A program made the translations under genes and the position numbers. Shown here in pieces: positions 9,267-18,124 of a stretch of DNA of 64,000 bases. This DNA comes from a virus. How positions within the stretch are numbered: the stretch's first letter is position 1; each line of letters opens with the position of its first letter. Location: positions 64,001 through 128,000 of the IMG/VR virus record IMGVR_UViG_3300025584_000449; one strand, written 5' to 3'. The notes below the pieces were generated by a model, which worked only from the letters and a program-made list of their open reading frames with translations, was not told where the DNA came from and did not search any database.

Positions 9267-9471
9267 GAGTTTGCTCCTTGATTGGATGTACGCTGTGTCC
9301 GAACTCTTTGTCCGTGACTGGTTTGCTTAGACCTGTACGCATGACTATGGGATCACTGTCCTTGTAATATAATAAGGTGATTCCCATAATCTTAAGGCCT
9401 AGCTCATTGGAACAGTTGACCCAATGAGCTCGAAAGATATACTTGAAGATGTTGCCTAAAAGTTTCTTCAT
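9214..9471 (-). CDS. hypothetical phage protein
   Basis: 85-aa ORF, coupled overlap. Confidence 0.5.
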   Translation of the reverse strand: MKKLLGNIFKYIFRAHWVNCSNELGLKIMGITLLYYKDSDPIVMRTGLSKPVTDKEFGHSVHPIKEQTHEVRQIHHSVDISHNVG

Positions 9472-9695
9472 GAGTCATCCTCCATATCTTCTATGCGTTT
9501 GGCAAAGAGCTTAGCCTTGCCATACAATGTCTCAGCGCTTTCCCGTGGGTCAAGTCTGCCCGGATCCATACCAATAAAGATACGCTCAGTGCGCTCTTTG
9601 ATGTTGTTGAGACGCTTGGTTTTGCAAGTTTTGCAAAGGGAGTCTCCAAGCTGGCGAACTGGGCTCTCACATTTAACACAAAGGTCAATAGCCAT
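9468..9695 (-). CDS. Zn-finger hypothetical protein
   Basis: CxxC...CxxC; start revised to MAIDLC at 9695 (GGAGG upstream). Confidence 0.55.
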   Translation of the reverse strand: MAIDLCVKCESPVRQLGDSLCKTCKTKRLNNIKERTERIFIGMDPGRLDPRESAETLYGKAKLFAKRIEDMEDDS

Positions 9696-9732
9696 TTCTA
9701 CCTCCAAAGTTAACGTTGTTGATGTTCCATAG

Positions 9733-9742
9733 TTCTTATACC
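9733..9742 (-). promoter_or_regulatory. GGTATAAGAA promoter-like motif
   Basis: exact 10-mer abutting TTGACA on opposite strand. Confidence 0.55.
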
Positions 9743-9771
9743 TTGACATTGAGTTAAAATATAACTATTAT
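9743..9771 (+). promoter_or_regulatory. sigma70-type promoter
   Basis: TTGACA-17 nt-TATTAT just upstream of 9777. Confidence 0.6.
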
Positions 9772-9776
9772 AGATT

Positions 9777-11744
9777 ATGAATAATCACGAAATATATTTA
9801 GCCACAGTAACAAATGTTGATACAACATATGATACTGTTGTGCATGTACGATTGGATCATCAAGAGCATACTGAGCACCCTGTCAAGATACAGGTGCCAT
9901 CACCTATGCCCACTACTGATGATGGGGCAGTGTTCATGGGCATACCTCGTGTAGGACAACGAGTTATAGTTATGGACCTACATGGATTAGGTGATCAGTA
10001 TATTGCATTGAGTTATCTTAACTATGGATCAGACTATGGACAAGATGGTGGGGACCCTACTACGTTAGTTAAGCGTAGTGAGGGTGATATTTATTTTAGT
10101 ACTGGTGGATATTTAAAACCATCGTTCTTAATGAGAGCGAATGGTAATATTGTGCTACATGCTGATACTTGGAGTGAGATATCATTAGATAGTGCAACCA
10201 AACGAGTTGAACTCGTAGGTCGCAATCTCATGCTGAAAACTCCAGGTGTTACTGATTATAGAGAGTATTTGGAGATGCATCCTGATACTCATGAAAATTA
10301 TACAACAAATCATCAATATGTGAGTAGAACTAAAGAACTTAGCTCTACAATCGCTGATGATATGCAAAGATTAGAAGAAGATTCACACCGCGTTGCAGCG
10401 GCAGTACCTGGATTAGATCTATCTAACGAGATATATAATGATAAGGTAATCCAGCGTACTGGTTATTTAGTGGCTAATGGTGAGCGTACTGGCCACGTCT
10501 ATGAGCTAAGAACTCAACAAAGTCGTGCTGGAGATAAGAAAGACACCTTTGTTGAGCGGAAAATAGGGTTACAATCAGCTCATACTGGAGAGACCGCGAG
10601 TATTTTAGGTGATGGTGGTATAAAATACCCCTCAGGCGCTCTGTACGAGCTCAGAGTGAAAGATAAGCTTGGAACTAGTGGAACTAGTCCCCTCACGTAC
10701 TCCGAACGCTTAGGTAGACTAGATGATGATATTATTGATGGAACTACAGTTGAAAGCGTAAAAGGTGAGCTCTATAGCAAGAGACTGTTGTATGATGGAG
10801 ATTTCGACGTTGACAAAGGTCGTGGGTGGTCAAAATCCAGTGAAGAGGCTGCAAAACAAGTATGGGCCGAGAGTTATGGGCTATTAGAGGACAAATCGCT
10901 GTATCGTACACATATGGACTGTGTTACAGACGAAGAACACGTAAATTTGTCAGAAAAAGTGCTATGTTTTCCTGACAACACTGAAATATACAACAGATCC
11001 TTCCTTTGTGCCAAAGGTGAGGATAATGTTGTCATAAATAACAGTATTTACTGTTTCAATGAGATGAACGGTACTGTTACATCAAATACACTGCTTTATG
11101 AGCGTGGAGCCAGTGAGTGGGAGTTATATGAGGGCACAAACATAGAAACAGGCCATTCTTGGGAGTTTAGCCACAATTGGAACGACGAAGATGAGCAAGA
11201 TACTGTATATGAGAGCCATTTGCCTTATACAGAGGGTGTTTTATACAAGAGAGCTCTTGAATCGTCCTCTCAATCCTTGATTTTAGCTGAAACTGTGCAA
11301 AATGAGCAATATCAGCTGCATTTGACCGCTCCATTAGAGGATGAGACCATAGATCAGAGCTTACTGCTTACTAAAGAGTCAGTTAAGCTCTCAGATGGTA
11401 AGAATAGCCACTATTTACAATTCACAGAGGATGGCATTAAGCTATCTGATGGAACAAATGACAACTACATTGAGCTAAATAGCAATGGAATCACCATTTA
11501 TAACAATTCAACAGATGTAACAAATATTATGACATTTGGGTCTGAAGGTGTAAAGATTAATGATCATTTCTTAGCAACACACGAATTCGTGGATTTCTTC
11601 AACACATACAAGAGTAGCTTAGGATTAGGTAATACTGGTGGTCCAGTGCCCCTCCACCCTTCAAGCATGACCACATTTGTAACAGAATATAGTGATTCAG
11701 GCACTTCAAGTACTTATAAAACAGATAATTCACCTACAGGTTAA
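9777..11744 (+). CDS. baseplate spike/puncturing protein (gpV/gp5-like)
   Basis: N-terminal OB-fold motif GIPRVGQRVIV; beta-repeat-like C-terminal part; GNTGGPVP tip-like motif. Confidence 0.6.
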   Translation: MNNHEIYLATVTNVDTTYDTVVHVRLDHQEHTEHPVKIQVPSPMPTTDDGAVFMGIPRVGQRVIVMDLHGLGDQYIALSYLNYGSDYGQDGGDPTTLVKRSEGDIYFSTGGYLKPSFLMRANGNIVLHADTWSEISLDSATKRVELVGRNLMLKTPGVTDYREYLEMHPDTHENYTTNHQYVSRTKELSSTIADDMQRLEEDSHRVAAAVPGLDLSNEIYNDKVIQRTGYLVANGERTGHVYELRTQQSRAGDKKDTFVERKIGLQSAHTGETASILGDGGIKYPSGALYELRVKDKLGTSGTSPLTYSERLGRLDDDIIDGTTVESVKGELYSKRLLYDGDFDVDKGRGWSKSSEEAAKQVWAESYGLLEDKSLYRTHMDCVTDEEHVNLSEKVLCFPDNTEIYNRSFLCAKGEDNVVINNSIYCFNEMNGTVTSNTLLYERGASEWELYEGTNIETGHSWEFSHNWNDEDEQDTVYESHLPYTEGVLYKRALESSSQSLILAETVQNEQYQLHLTAPLEDETIDQSLLLTKESVKLSDGKNSHYLQFTEDGIKLSDGTNDNYIELNSNGITIYNNSTDVTNIMTFGSEGVKINDHFLATHEFVDFFNTYKSSLGLGNTGGPVPLHPSSMTTFVTEYSDSGTSSTYKTDNSPTG

Positions 11745-11754
11745 AGGATAAAGT

Positions 11755-12234
11755 ATGGCAGGGCTAGACTCAGGAGTATTAGCAACAGATATAATGGAAA
11801 GAGTTGTAGAAGAGATAATAGTGGGGACAGTGCTTGCTACAGGCACTGATTTGCGTGATATGTTTGATAATCCTAAGGGCAGCGCAGCGGAAAAAGAAGA
11901 ATCTAAAGAGACAGTAAGAGCTATAGTAAGAAATTTGAAAGCGGAATATGCTGTACTAGTTGGTATTATATCTGATGAAGTTGTTAAACATATTAAGGAA
12001 AACTTGCAGATTAACCTAGACTCTATGACAGGGGCTAGCGTTACTGCGTTTAACATGGATGATGTTTTACCCGGAGGAGCTACAGTAGGTGTTACTACTG
12101 GAGGTAAAGCAATTCAAAGCGGCTTTACTATTTTTAGCATAGGACAGGAAACCTCTGCTATGCATACAGTTGCGCCCGGTACAGTGAATGGTAACGTACC
12201 AGCTGCAGATGATACAGGAGTGTTTGACGAATAA
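11755..12234 (+). CDS. putative virion protein
   Basis: co-transcribed with spike gene; no motif. Confidence 0.5.
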   Translation: MAGLDSGVLATDIMERVVEEIIVGTVLATGTDLRDMFDNPKGSAAEKEESKETVRAIVRNLKAEYAVLVGIISDEVVKHIKENLQINLDSMTGASVTAFNMDDVLPGGATVGVTTGGKAIQSGFTIFSIGQETSAMHTVAPGTVNGNVPAADDTGVFDE

Positions 12235-12875
12235 TGACCAGAGATCAAGTTAGAGCAAAGATACACGAGCTCCTTACTACAAATACAGAATTTGTACGTA
12301 ATTACTTTACAGGCAGTACTATACATTCTTCTTTAAGAACAGCATTGCTTGACAAGTACTTTAATGATGATAGCACTCAACCGTCATCTAACTATACGTA
12401 CATAGTGATCTATACTGAAACATTTCCTAACGGTGTGTTATCAGAGGAAATACCACATTCCGAGTTTGGTGACCACATAGATGTATTAGAGGGCGTGCTA
12501 AATGAGACGTGGGATCTTACTACACATGGAAGACCAAACACTAGCTATACTGACGAGGATTTGGGAATAGATGAGGGAATTCGAGTAGTAACGGGATACA
12601 CGGAAGAAAAAGGTGAATTCTTTGGTGATCTAGATAAGAAAGTGTTGATAGCTATAGCAGCTGCAACTGTAGCTGAAGAACAAATACAAGGAGGAGCAAT
12701 ACCAATAGGTGGTATAATCAGGTGGTATTTCTATGCTCCAGCATATAATAGTAATTGGGTACAATGTGATGGAAGTAGGATATATGATTCAGAGAGCCCT
12801 ATGCATTTAAATTATGTGCCTAACTTACCCACAAACTATGACGAACACTACTATTATATAATTCGTATAAAATAA
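12234..12875 (+). CDS. virion protein with tail-collar-like C-terminal segment
   Basis: PIGGIIRWY...WVQCDGS...VPNL resembles the phage tail collar domain. Confidence 0.55.
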   Translation: MTRDQVRAKIHELLTTNTEFVRNYFTGSTIHSSLRTALLDKYFNDDSTQPSSNYTYIVIYTETFPNGVLSEEIPHSEFGDHIDVLEGVLNETWDLTTHGRPNTSYTDEDLGIDEGIRVVTGYTEEKGEFFGDLDKKVLIAIAAATVAEEQIQGGAIPIGGIIRWYFYAPAYNSNWVQCDGSRIYDSESPMHLNYVPNLPTNYDEHYYYIIRIK

Positions 12876-12885
12876 GGTATAAGAA
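12876..12885 (+). promoter_or_regulatory. GGTATAAGAA promoter-like motif
   Basis: exact 10-mer upstream of 12943. Confidence 0.65.
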
Positions 12886-12942
12886 TTATAATCTAATGAG
12901 TTAGATTGTTTTTATGTTAACAACCATATGGAGATTAATTAA

Positions 12943-13209
12943 ATGAGTGATGAAAAGATTGTAGATTTCCCAGGTGACGGGCATCCTGGTGGAACTATTA
13001 GTGAAGAAGATGTAGCGCGTGCACAAGAGAGCCAACAACAGGCTCAACAAGCTGCAATGATGGCACAGCAAATGAAACATGAAGAGGATCAAAAGAAAAC
13101 TATGCGTCTTAGCGTAGCTCTTCAATTAGCGCCTGTATATCCTGACATGGACATCTCTGATGTTTATGAGAAGGCTGATGCATACCTGAAGTATGCAGGG
13201 TTGCTGTAA
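12943..13209 (+). CDS. hypothetical protein in its own expression cassette
   Basis: between GGTATAAGAA (12876) and terminator (13241). Confidence 0.6.
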   Translation: MSDEKIVDFPGDGHPGGTISEEDVARAQESQQQAQQAAMMAQQMKHEEDQKKTMRLSVALQLAPVYPDMDISDVYEKADAYLKYAGLL

Positions 13210-13240
13210 GAAATCACGGGGGTCGTGATGTTTCGGAGGA

Positions 13241-13270
13241 GAGAGGTCTTTAATTAGGCCTCTCTTTTTT
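13241..13270 (+). terminator. intrinsic terminator
   Basis: GAGAGGTC/GGCCTCTC hairpin + T6, then AGCTTAAAAA. Confidence 0.75.
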
Positions 13271-13286
13271 AGCTTAAAAAGATAAC

Positions 13287-13315
13287 TTGACAGATTATGA
13301 CATTAAGAGTATATT
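13287..13315 (+). promoter_or_regulatory. sigma70-type promoter
   Basis: TTGACA-17-TATATT. Confidence 0.7.
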
Positions 13316-13352
13316 TAATATAGCTTAGAAGTTATGAATTAAGGAGATTCAA

Positions 13353-15347
13353 ATGAACAATCTATTCTTAGATAGGAAAGAGCTTGAAAAGAAAGCGTTT
13401 CGCTATTTAACAGAAGACCACACTAATTGGGTAAAAGAGATAATTACGGAGTTGTTAACAAACTTCCCTGAGTTTACAGACGTGGATTTAGGTGTTGAGT
13501 GGATACGTAAAGACTTCAATAAAGGAACAGCAGTAGGATTCGTCAATATACAAGGAATGGCTCAGGTCCCTGTTATAGTAGATAGCTATAATATGTATGA
13601 TCTTGATGTCATTATAGTGAATAACTCAACGTATCCGTTAACACACGATACAGTGTTAAAGTTATTTAAGAATCCGGCAGCATTTAAGACTTCCGGTAAA
13701 GGCACATCTTTAATTAAAGACCTTGATCTATTTGTACGTCCTGTTGTAGAGCCAGCCACAGCTGGTGAATCTAGCGTTAAGACTGCTAAATATGACTCTG
13801 TAATAGAGAAAATGGGTGGGTCGGTGCTAGGTAATGACTTACGAGACATTCTTTCGTCTATAGAGCCATATCTCAACGAATATATGGACAATGGACATGG
13901 CGATATCATTGAGAAGCTTAGCAGTATTGAGCCTATTGAGGAAACTGACTTTGCTAAAGACTTAATGCGTACTATGCCTATTGACAGACAGTACAAATAT
14001 GAAGATAGTAATGGTAACACTATATTAAAACAGGCTAATAGTAGGGTGAACTACACATATATGATAGAAGTTGACAGTCAAGAGGCTGATCTTAATGAGG
14101 ATATGACTGCAGAATCATTAAAAATAGCGGCCTCTTATTCTAGTCCAGACCTATATACATACTATATTGATAAAAGAGGCAAAGCTCAAAAAGCCTATAC
14201 TACTGTATTCAATAATGTAAATAAAAAGCGTGACATAAAGGTAATAGATAGAGAAACTTTCAAGACTATGAGAGTATCTTCTGGTATTAGAAATCCTAAG
14301 CGTAAAGCTGAATATTTAAAACGTAGAAATAAGTCAACTGAGAAAATTGCTAGTGTTAATGAATCTCCTAAAGTAATGAAACTAGTAAATGATCCTGGGT
14401 CTCTGTTCTTATATAAGAACGGAAGCTATTTATGCAGCGATGACACAAATTCTCTAGATATGGAGAAAGTTGCTAGCCTTGGATCACAGCAATGGACACC
14501 AGAAGGCACAATTCCTTCTATGGGCGATACAGGCTGTTGGGTATTTAGCGATAATAGTGCTTCTAAGCCGTTTGAGGTAGTAGGATTACATAAGGTTGCT
14601 GGTGTAGGCAACTTTGAGGTTGTAGGCTGGGATGGAATGAATAGACATACGTATTATCCTCTGCAAGGCATTAAGGATAATGACCTTATTGAGCATGATA
14701 AGTATAATGATTCGTCCTATGTACCAGGAAATACGAAATTCGTTAAATTGGCTACTAGAATTGAGAATAATGATCTGTCATTGATAAGAGAGCATATCAG
14801 TAATAAGGTAAGCAAGGATAGTGCCGGATTATACTCATTCCATGGAGCGGAATTTAGCAAATATAGCTCTAAAACTAGAGACTTGACCTTTGATGAGGCT
14901 ATGTGGACTGCGATACATTGTAATGTACCCAATGATCAATTAGAATCATTGGAAAGCTTAGAGAAAAGCGCTTCATTGGCGTTAGATGCTAAAGCTCCTA
15001 TGTCACTTCTTGATCTCGAGTATAAGATCCATTCGAAATATAAGGATCTGTACTCTGACATGAAAAATGACATCATGAAGGTGGCTGCTATGGGTGCGGT
15101 TCCTAGTATTGGGTCACCTAAGACCATAGATGCCGTATTAGGGCTTAGTCTACTCAATAAGAACAACATTACGAGTTACTTAGAGCTGATTCCTGCCTAT
15201 GAAGAGGTATTACAGTACTTAGCTAAGCTACTACTGGCTGTGCGTATGGGACTTAAGACGTTAGATGAGTATCAGGTAAAAGAGGCAATGTTGAACCTGA
15301 CTAAGGTGGTTGTAGGGCTAAAGAGCTTAGGTGCTGTAATGAAATAG
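13353..15347 (+). CDS. large putative head/internal protein with K-x-A motifs
   Basis: 664 aa; KTAK, KIAA, KIAS, KVAS, KVAG, KLAT, KSAS, KVAA; own sigma70-type promoter. Confidence 0.55.
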   Translation: MNNLFLDRKELEKKAFRYLTEDHTNWVKEIITELLTNFPEFTDVDLGVEWIRKDFNKGTAVGFVNIQGMAQVPVIVDSYNMYDLDVIIVNNSTYPLTHDTVLKLFKNPAAFKTSGKGTSLIKDLDLFVRPVVEPATAGESSVKTAKYDSVIEKMGGSVLGNDLRDILSSIEPYLNEYMDNGHGDIIEKLSSIEPIEETDFAKDLMRTMPIDRQYKYEDSNGNTILKQANSRVNYTYMIEVDSQEADLNEDMTAESLKIAASYSSPDLYTYYIDKRGKAQKAYTTVFNNVNKKRDIKVIDRETFKTMRVSSGIRNPKRKAEYLKRRNKSTEKIASVNESPKVMKLVNDPGSLFLYKNGSYLCSDDTNSLDMEKVASLGSQQWTPEGTIPSMGDTGCWVFSDNSASKPFEVVGLHKVAGVGNFEVVGWDGMNRHTYYPLQGIKDNDLIEHDKYNDSSYVPGNTKFVKLATRIENNDLSLIREHISNKVSKDSAGLYSFHGAEFSKYSSKTRDLTFDEAMWTAIHCNVPNDQLESLESLEKSASLALDAKAPMSLLDLEYKIHSKYKDLYSDMKNDIMKVAAMGAVPSIGSPKTIDAVLGLSLLNKNNITSYLELIPAYEEVLQYLAKLLLAVRMGLKTLDEYQVKEAMLNLTKVVVGLKSLGAVMK

Positions 15348-15452
15348 CTTACCTGGTAGCACGCCATTAAGGCAAAATAGTGAAATGGGTGTATATGCAA
15401 ATATATGCCCTTTTTTCTTGTGTACCGTACAAGGAATATAGAGGCCACAAGT

Positions 15453-15462
15453 GGTATAAGAA
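15453..15462 (+). promoter_or_regulatory. GGTATAAGAA promoter-like motif
   Basis: exact 10-mer upstream of small ORFs ending at terminator 15804. Confidence 0.6.
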
Positions 15463-15803
15463 CATTGGTAGTGTATAGTGTAAACAAATGGTTACACAGG
15501 AGCAACAAATACCAACATTGAGAGGTTATTGTGGAGCTACTAGGAGAATTCATCATGTTTGTCATAGTAGGCATGATCTCATATCGATACGGTTACGGCT
15601 CAGGCTATAGAGCCGGCCACGATAGAGGCGTAAGGGGCTTTAGAACATGAACATACAAACCGCGATTAGCATTGTGACATATTGTCACCCTAGCATATGT
15701 CTCAATAATGTACCAATTGAGACAATAATACACGCTGCTGAGCACATCCTGAACACACAACAAGGCCCAAGGCCATACATAGCGCTCACTGGCGAGCGTT
15801 ATT

Positions 15804-15825
15804 GAGAGGGCATTGCCCTCTCTTT
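15804..15825 (+). terminator. intrinsic terminator
   Basis: GAGAGGGCA/GCCCTCTC hairpin + TTT, then AGCCTAAAAAAA. Confidence 0.65.
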
Positions 15826-15994
15826 AGCCTAAAAAAATATTAAATGACCATCAAGGTTTTAGGTTCCATACACCTACCCCGCCTAAGAAGCTTACCTGAT
15901 GCTGCGCGTGCGGATAGTTATTTTTTATTTTATAAATTTTTATGTTAATCTAAATGGGCTTAACACAGAGTAGTAACTGCTTAAATAATACATG

Positions 15995-16023
15995 TTGACA
16001 AACATTATTTATTCGAGTATATT
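15995..16023 (+). promoter_or_regulatory. sigma70-type promoter
   Basis: TTGACA-17-TATATT. Confidence 0.7.
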
Positions 16024-16040
16024 ATAATTGGAGGTTACTA

Positions 16041-16496
16041 ATGAAAAAACATGCAGGGTCAAACATCTACTTTTCTAAAGGGAGAAAGATGGATTTAAGC
16101 AAGGCGCTTAGTCCAAGCACATCTTACCATTATTCGGCTCAAGGAAAATATACAGATCCTATTTTACATATGGATCGTAAAGAATCTAAATTTTTAAATA
16201 AAATAGACAATCAAACTACATATATAGATCCCAGTCAAACAGAAGCTTATATAAAAGCATATGATAAATCTGTTAGAAAAGGTGTAACAAACCAGTTTTC
16301 CAAATGGGAAAAGAAAAAAATAAAGAAAAAGTTCTTAGGGATAATTCCGTATACTAAGAAAAAACGAGTAGTAGTCACAGATAAAAAAGGTATTGAGAAA
16401 AGATTAAACGATCCTGAGTTTAAAAAGCAACATTTACGCGTTTTAGGATTTATGAATAAAAATAGAAAAACTGGATTTTCAGTAGGAGTTGGGTAA
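16041..16496 (+). CDS. Lys-rich protein with MKKHAG leader (putative virion cargo)
   Basis: GGAGG RBS; highly basic; N-terminal K-x-A. Confidence 0.55.
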   Translation: MKKHAGSNIYFSKGRKMDLSKALSPSTSYHYSAQGKYTDPILHMDRKESKFLNKIDNQTTYIDPSQTEAYIKAYDKSVRKGVTNQFSKWEKKKIKKKFLGIIPYTKKKRVVVTDKKGIEKRLNDPEFKKQHLRVLGFMNKNRKTGFSVGVG

Positions 16497-16516
16497 CACA
16501 GCATTTTAAGCTAAAG

Positions 16517-16544
16517 AAAAGGGAGTTTGTGGTCCTCCCTTTTT
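16517..16544. terminator. bidirectional intrinsic terminator
   Basis: AAAA-GGGAG...CTCCC-TTTTT between convergent genes. Confidence 0.75.
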
Positions 16545-16559
16545 ATGGTACGACGATGA

Positions 16560-16730
16560 TTAATCAGACGGCGGCATCCAACTATCAACGTTGAATTTCG
16601 GAACTGGGACACGAATAGTAGCATCAAAATTCTTGACCTGATGCTCAACCGCGTGGTCCATCTGTTGATTCTGCCATGCCCGGAACAGACCAGCAGTACA
16701 GGAAGTCAGAATGAGTGCCAATGCTAACAT
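16560..16730 (-). CDS. 56-aa putative lipoprotein (not in ORF track)
   Basis: MLALALILTSCTAG... lipobox-like LTSC; GGAG RBS; GGTATAAGAA promoter at 16756. Confidence 0.45.
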   Translation of the reverse strand: MLALALILTSCTAGLFRAWQNQQMDHAVEHQVKNFDATIRVPVPKFNVDSWMPPSD

Positions 16731-16755
16731 TTCAATCTCCTTAGTTAGTGTATTA

Positions 16756-16765
16756 TTCTTATACC
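16756..16765 (-). promoter_or_regulatory. GGTATAAGAA promoter-like motif
   Basis: exact 10-mer upstream of 16730. Confidence 0.65.
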
Positions 16766-16787
16766 AATAAAAGCTAAAAGAAGGGAG

Positions 16788-17096
16788 TTACCCCTTCTCC
16801 TCATCTTCGTACATAAGGATAAAGTCGTTGAGGGCGTTTTCTGCTTCTAGCTTAGCCATGAATTCCGACTCTGCAGTCCCTCTTGCTACGTAGACATGCT
16901 CGTATGCCGGTAGCGGTGTGTAATACACTGACCAATGCCACACGGTCTCCATGGAAAAAGAATGAAAAGTAATCCCCAAAAACTTAAAGATTTTTCTTTC
17001 TTGTATGGAGGAAACGTAACAGTTGGCAGACGATTTTTCATGAGTGCGGTTTAACTGTGATACAGTAGCCAGCACAGGGGTCCATTCAGAAGACAT
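16788..17096 (-). CDS. hypothetical cassette protein
   Basis: AAGGAG RBS; stop codon lies inside terminator hairpin. Confidence 0.6.
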   Translation of the reverse strand: MSSEWTPVLATVSQLNRTHEKSSANCYVSSIQERKIFKFLGITFHSFSMETVWHWSVYYTPLPAYEHVYVARGTAESEFMAKLEAENALNDFILMYEDEEKG

Positions 17097-17120
17097 GTCG
17101 TGCTCCTTATTTCAAGTTAA

Positions 17121-17152
17121 CTCTACCTACACTATTCTTATACCTAAAAAAG
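17121..17152. repeat. 32-bp direct repeat, copy 1 (promoter cassette)
   Basis: CTCTACCTACACTATTCTTATACCTAAAAAAG identical to 17968..17999. Confidence 0.9.
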
Positions 17153-17184
17153 AGGGACTAGCCCTCTTTGAACAAACGGAGCAC

Positions 17185-17562
17185 CTATTTCTCTATACGG
17201 CGGTGTAAGCACCCACACGATTTAGTGCTGTACTTTATTCTGGTCAAGTTGCTTCCTAAGATTGTTTTTTCCTCACCACAATCACATTTGCAACGCCATC
17301 GTGGTTCTCCCTTTATCACGCTCACGAGCTCCAGTACAACTAGCATTCCGAATCTATGACCTATTAGATCATTCACCTCTGCGCGAAAACATCCACAAGA
17401 CTTTGTCATACCTGACCTTAGGTCATTGCCAAGTATTATTTTTTTAGTTCCACATTCACATTCGCAGAGCCAACGTGCTTTTTGCCACTTATCATTTTCA
17501 GCCCTCCCAATGACTGTAAGCCTGCCGAATGTTCTGCCCATTAGGTCTATTAGTGCTCCCAT
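17185..17562 (-). CDS. protein of two tandem GxxFGRLTV...CxCxCG...LxxGxTKSCGC Zn-binding domains (type found on HNH/AP2 homing endonucleases), no nuclease domain
   Basis: GRTFGRLTVIG..WLCECECG..TKSCGC repeated as GHRFGMLVVLE..WRCKCDCG..TKSCGC. Confidence 0.75.
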   Translation of the reverse strand: MGALIDLMGRTFGRLTVIGRAENDKWQKARWLCECECGTKKIILGNDLRSGMTKSCGCFRAEVNDLIGHRFGMLVVLELVSVIKGEPRWRCKCDCGEEKTILGSNLTRIKYSTKSCGCLHRRIEK

Positions 17563-17583
17563 ATTAAACCTACCTTTCTATTA

Positions 17584-17593
17584 TTCTTATACC
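17584..17593 (-). promoter_or_regulatory. GGTATAAGAA promoter-like motif
   Basis: exact 10-mer upstream of 17562 (also at 17135 and 17982 inside the 32-bp repeats). Confidence 0.65.
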
Positions 17594-17632
17594 TAAACAA
17601 TATATTGTTTTTAAGCTAAAAGAAAGAAGGTG

Positions 17633-17935
17633 TTAACCTTCTTCCTCCATAAGGAGCAGGAACGAGTCACCTCTGACAGTGCCCTTGGTCAAGAGTTCCT
17701 TCCTCATCTCGGACGAAATAGTTCCAAGATTTGCAGTTGTAAAGTGCGTCTCACCATCACGAACCTTTACAACCTGCAAAGGCGAAATGTCTTTACCAAA
17801 CATTCCCATAAAAGGTTCGCCTTCAGCCCTCACACAAGTCAAGAAAGTACCATGACGATCATGAATACATGTTACTAGGCGAACACCTAATCCATCTTGG
17901 TGTTTTCCAGGATGCTCATCGATTATATTAAACAT
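17633..17935 (-). CDS. hypothetical cassette protein
   Basis: AAGGAG RBS shared with 16788..17096; stop inside terminator. Confidence 0.6.
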   Translation of the reverse strand: MFNIIDEHPGKHQDGLGVRLVTCIHDRHGTFLTCVRAEGEPFMGMFGKDISPLQVVKVRDGETHFTTANLGTISSEMRKELLTKGTVRGDSFLLLMEEEG

Positions 17936-17967
17936 GTCGTGCTCCTTGTCAAAGTTTCAACTTATCG

Positions 17968-17999
17968 CTCTACCTACACTATTCTTATACCTAAAAAAG
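17968..17999. repeat. 32-bp direct repeat, copy 2
   Basis: identical to 17121..17152. Confidence 0.9.
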
Positions 18000-18000
18000 C

Positions 18001-18029
18001 TTGACAAATAATATTTTTTAAATTATATT
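18001..18029 (+). promoter_or_regulatory. sigma70-type promoter
   Basis: TTGACA-17-TATATT, back-to-back with GGTATAAGAA at 17982. Confidence 0.7.
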
Positions 18030-18124
18030 ATATTATGACTAAAAAAGAAGGTGTTAACCGCCTCTCAAATACTGCTTGACAAAGCGTTCTTCTGTTATGA
18101 AACTACTGGGGAAAAAGGTAAATA

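Noticed and set aside
18076-18105. Additional TTGACA promoter
   Set aside because: No -10-like hexamer at 16-18 nt spacing.
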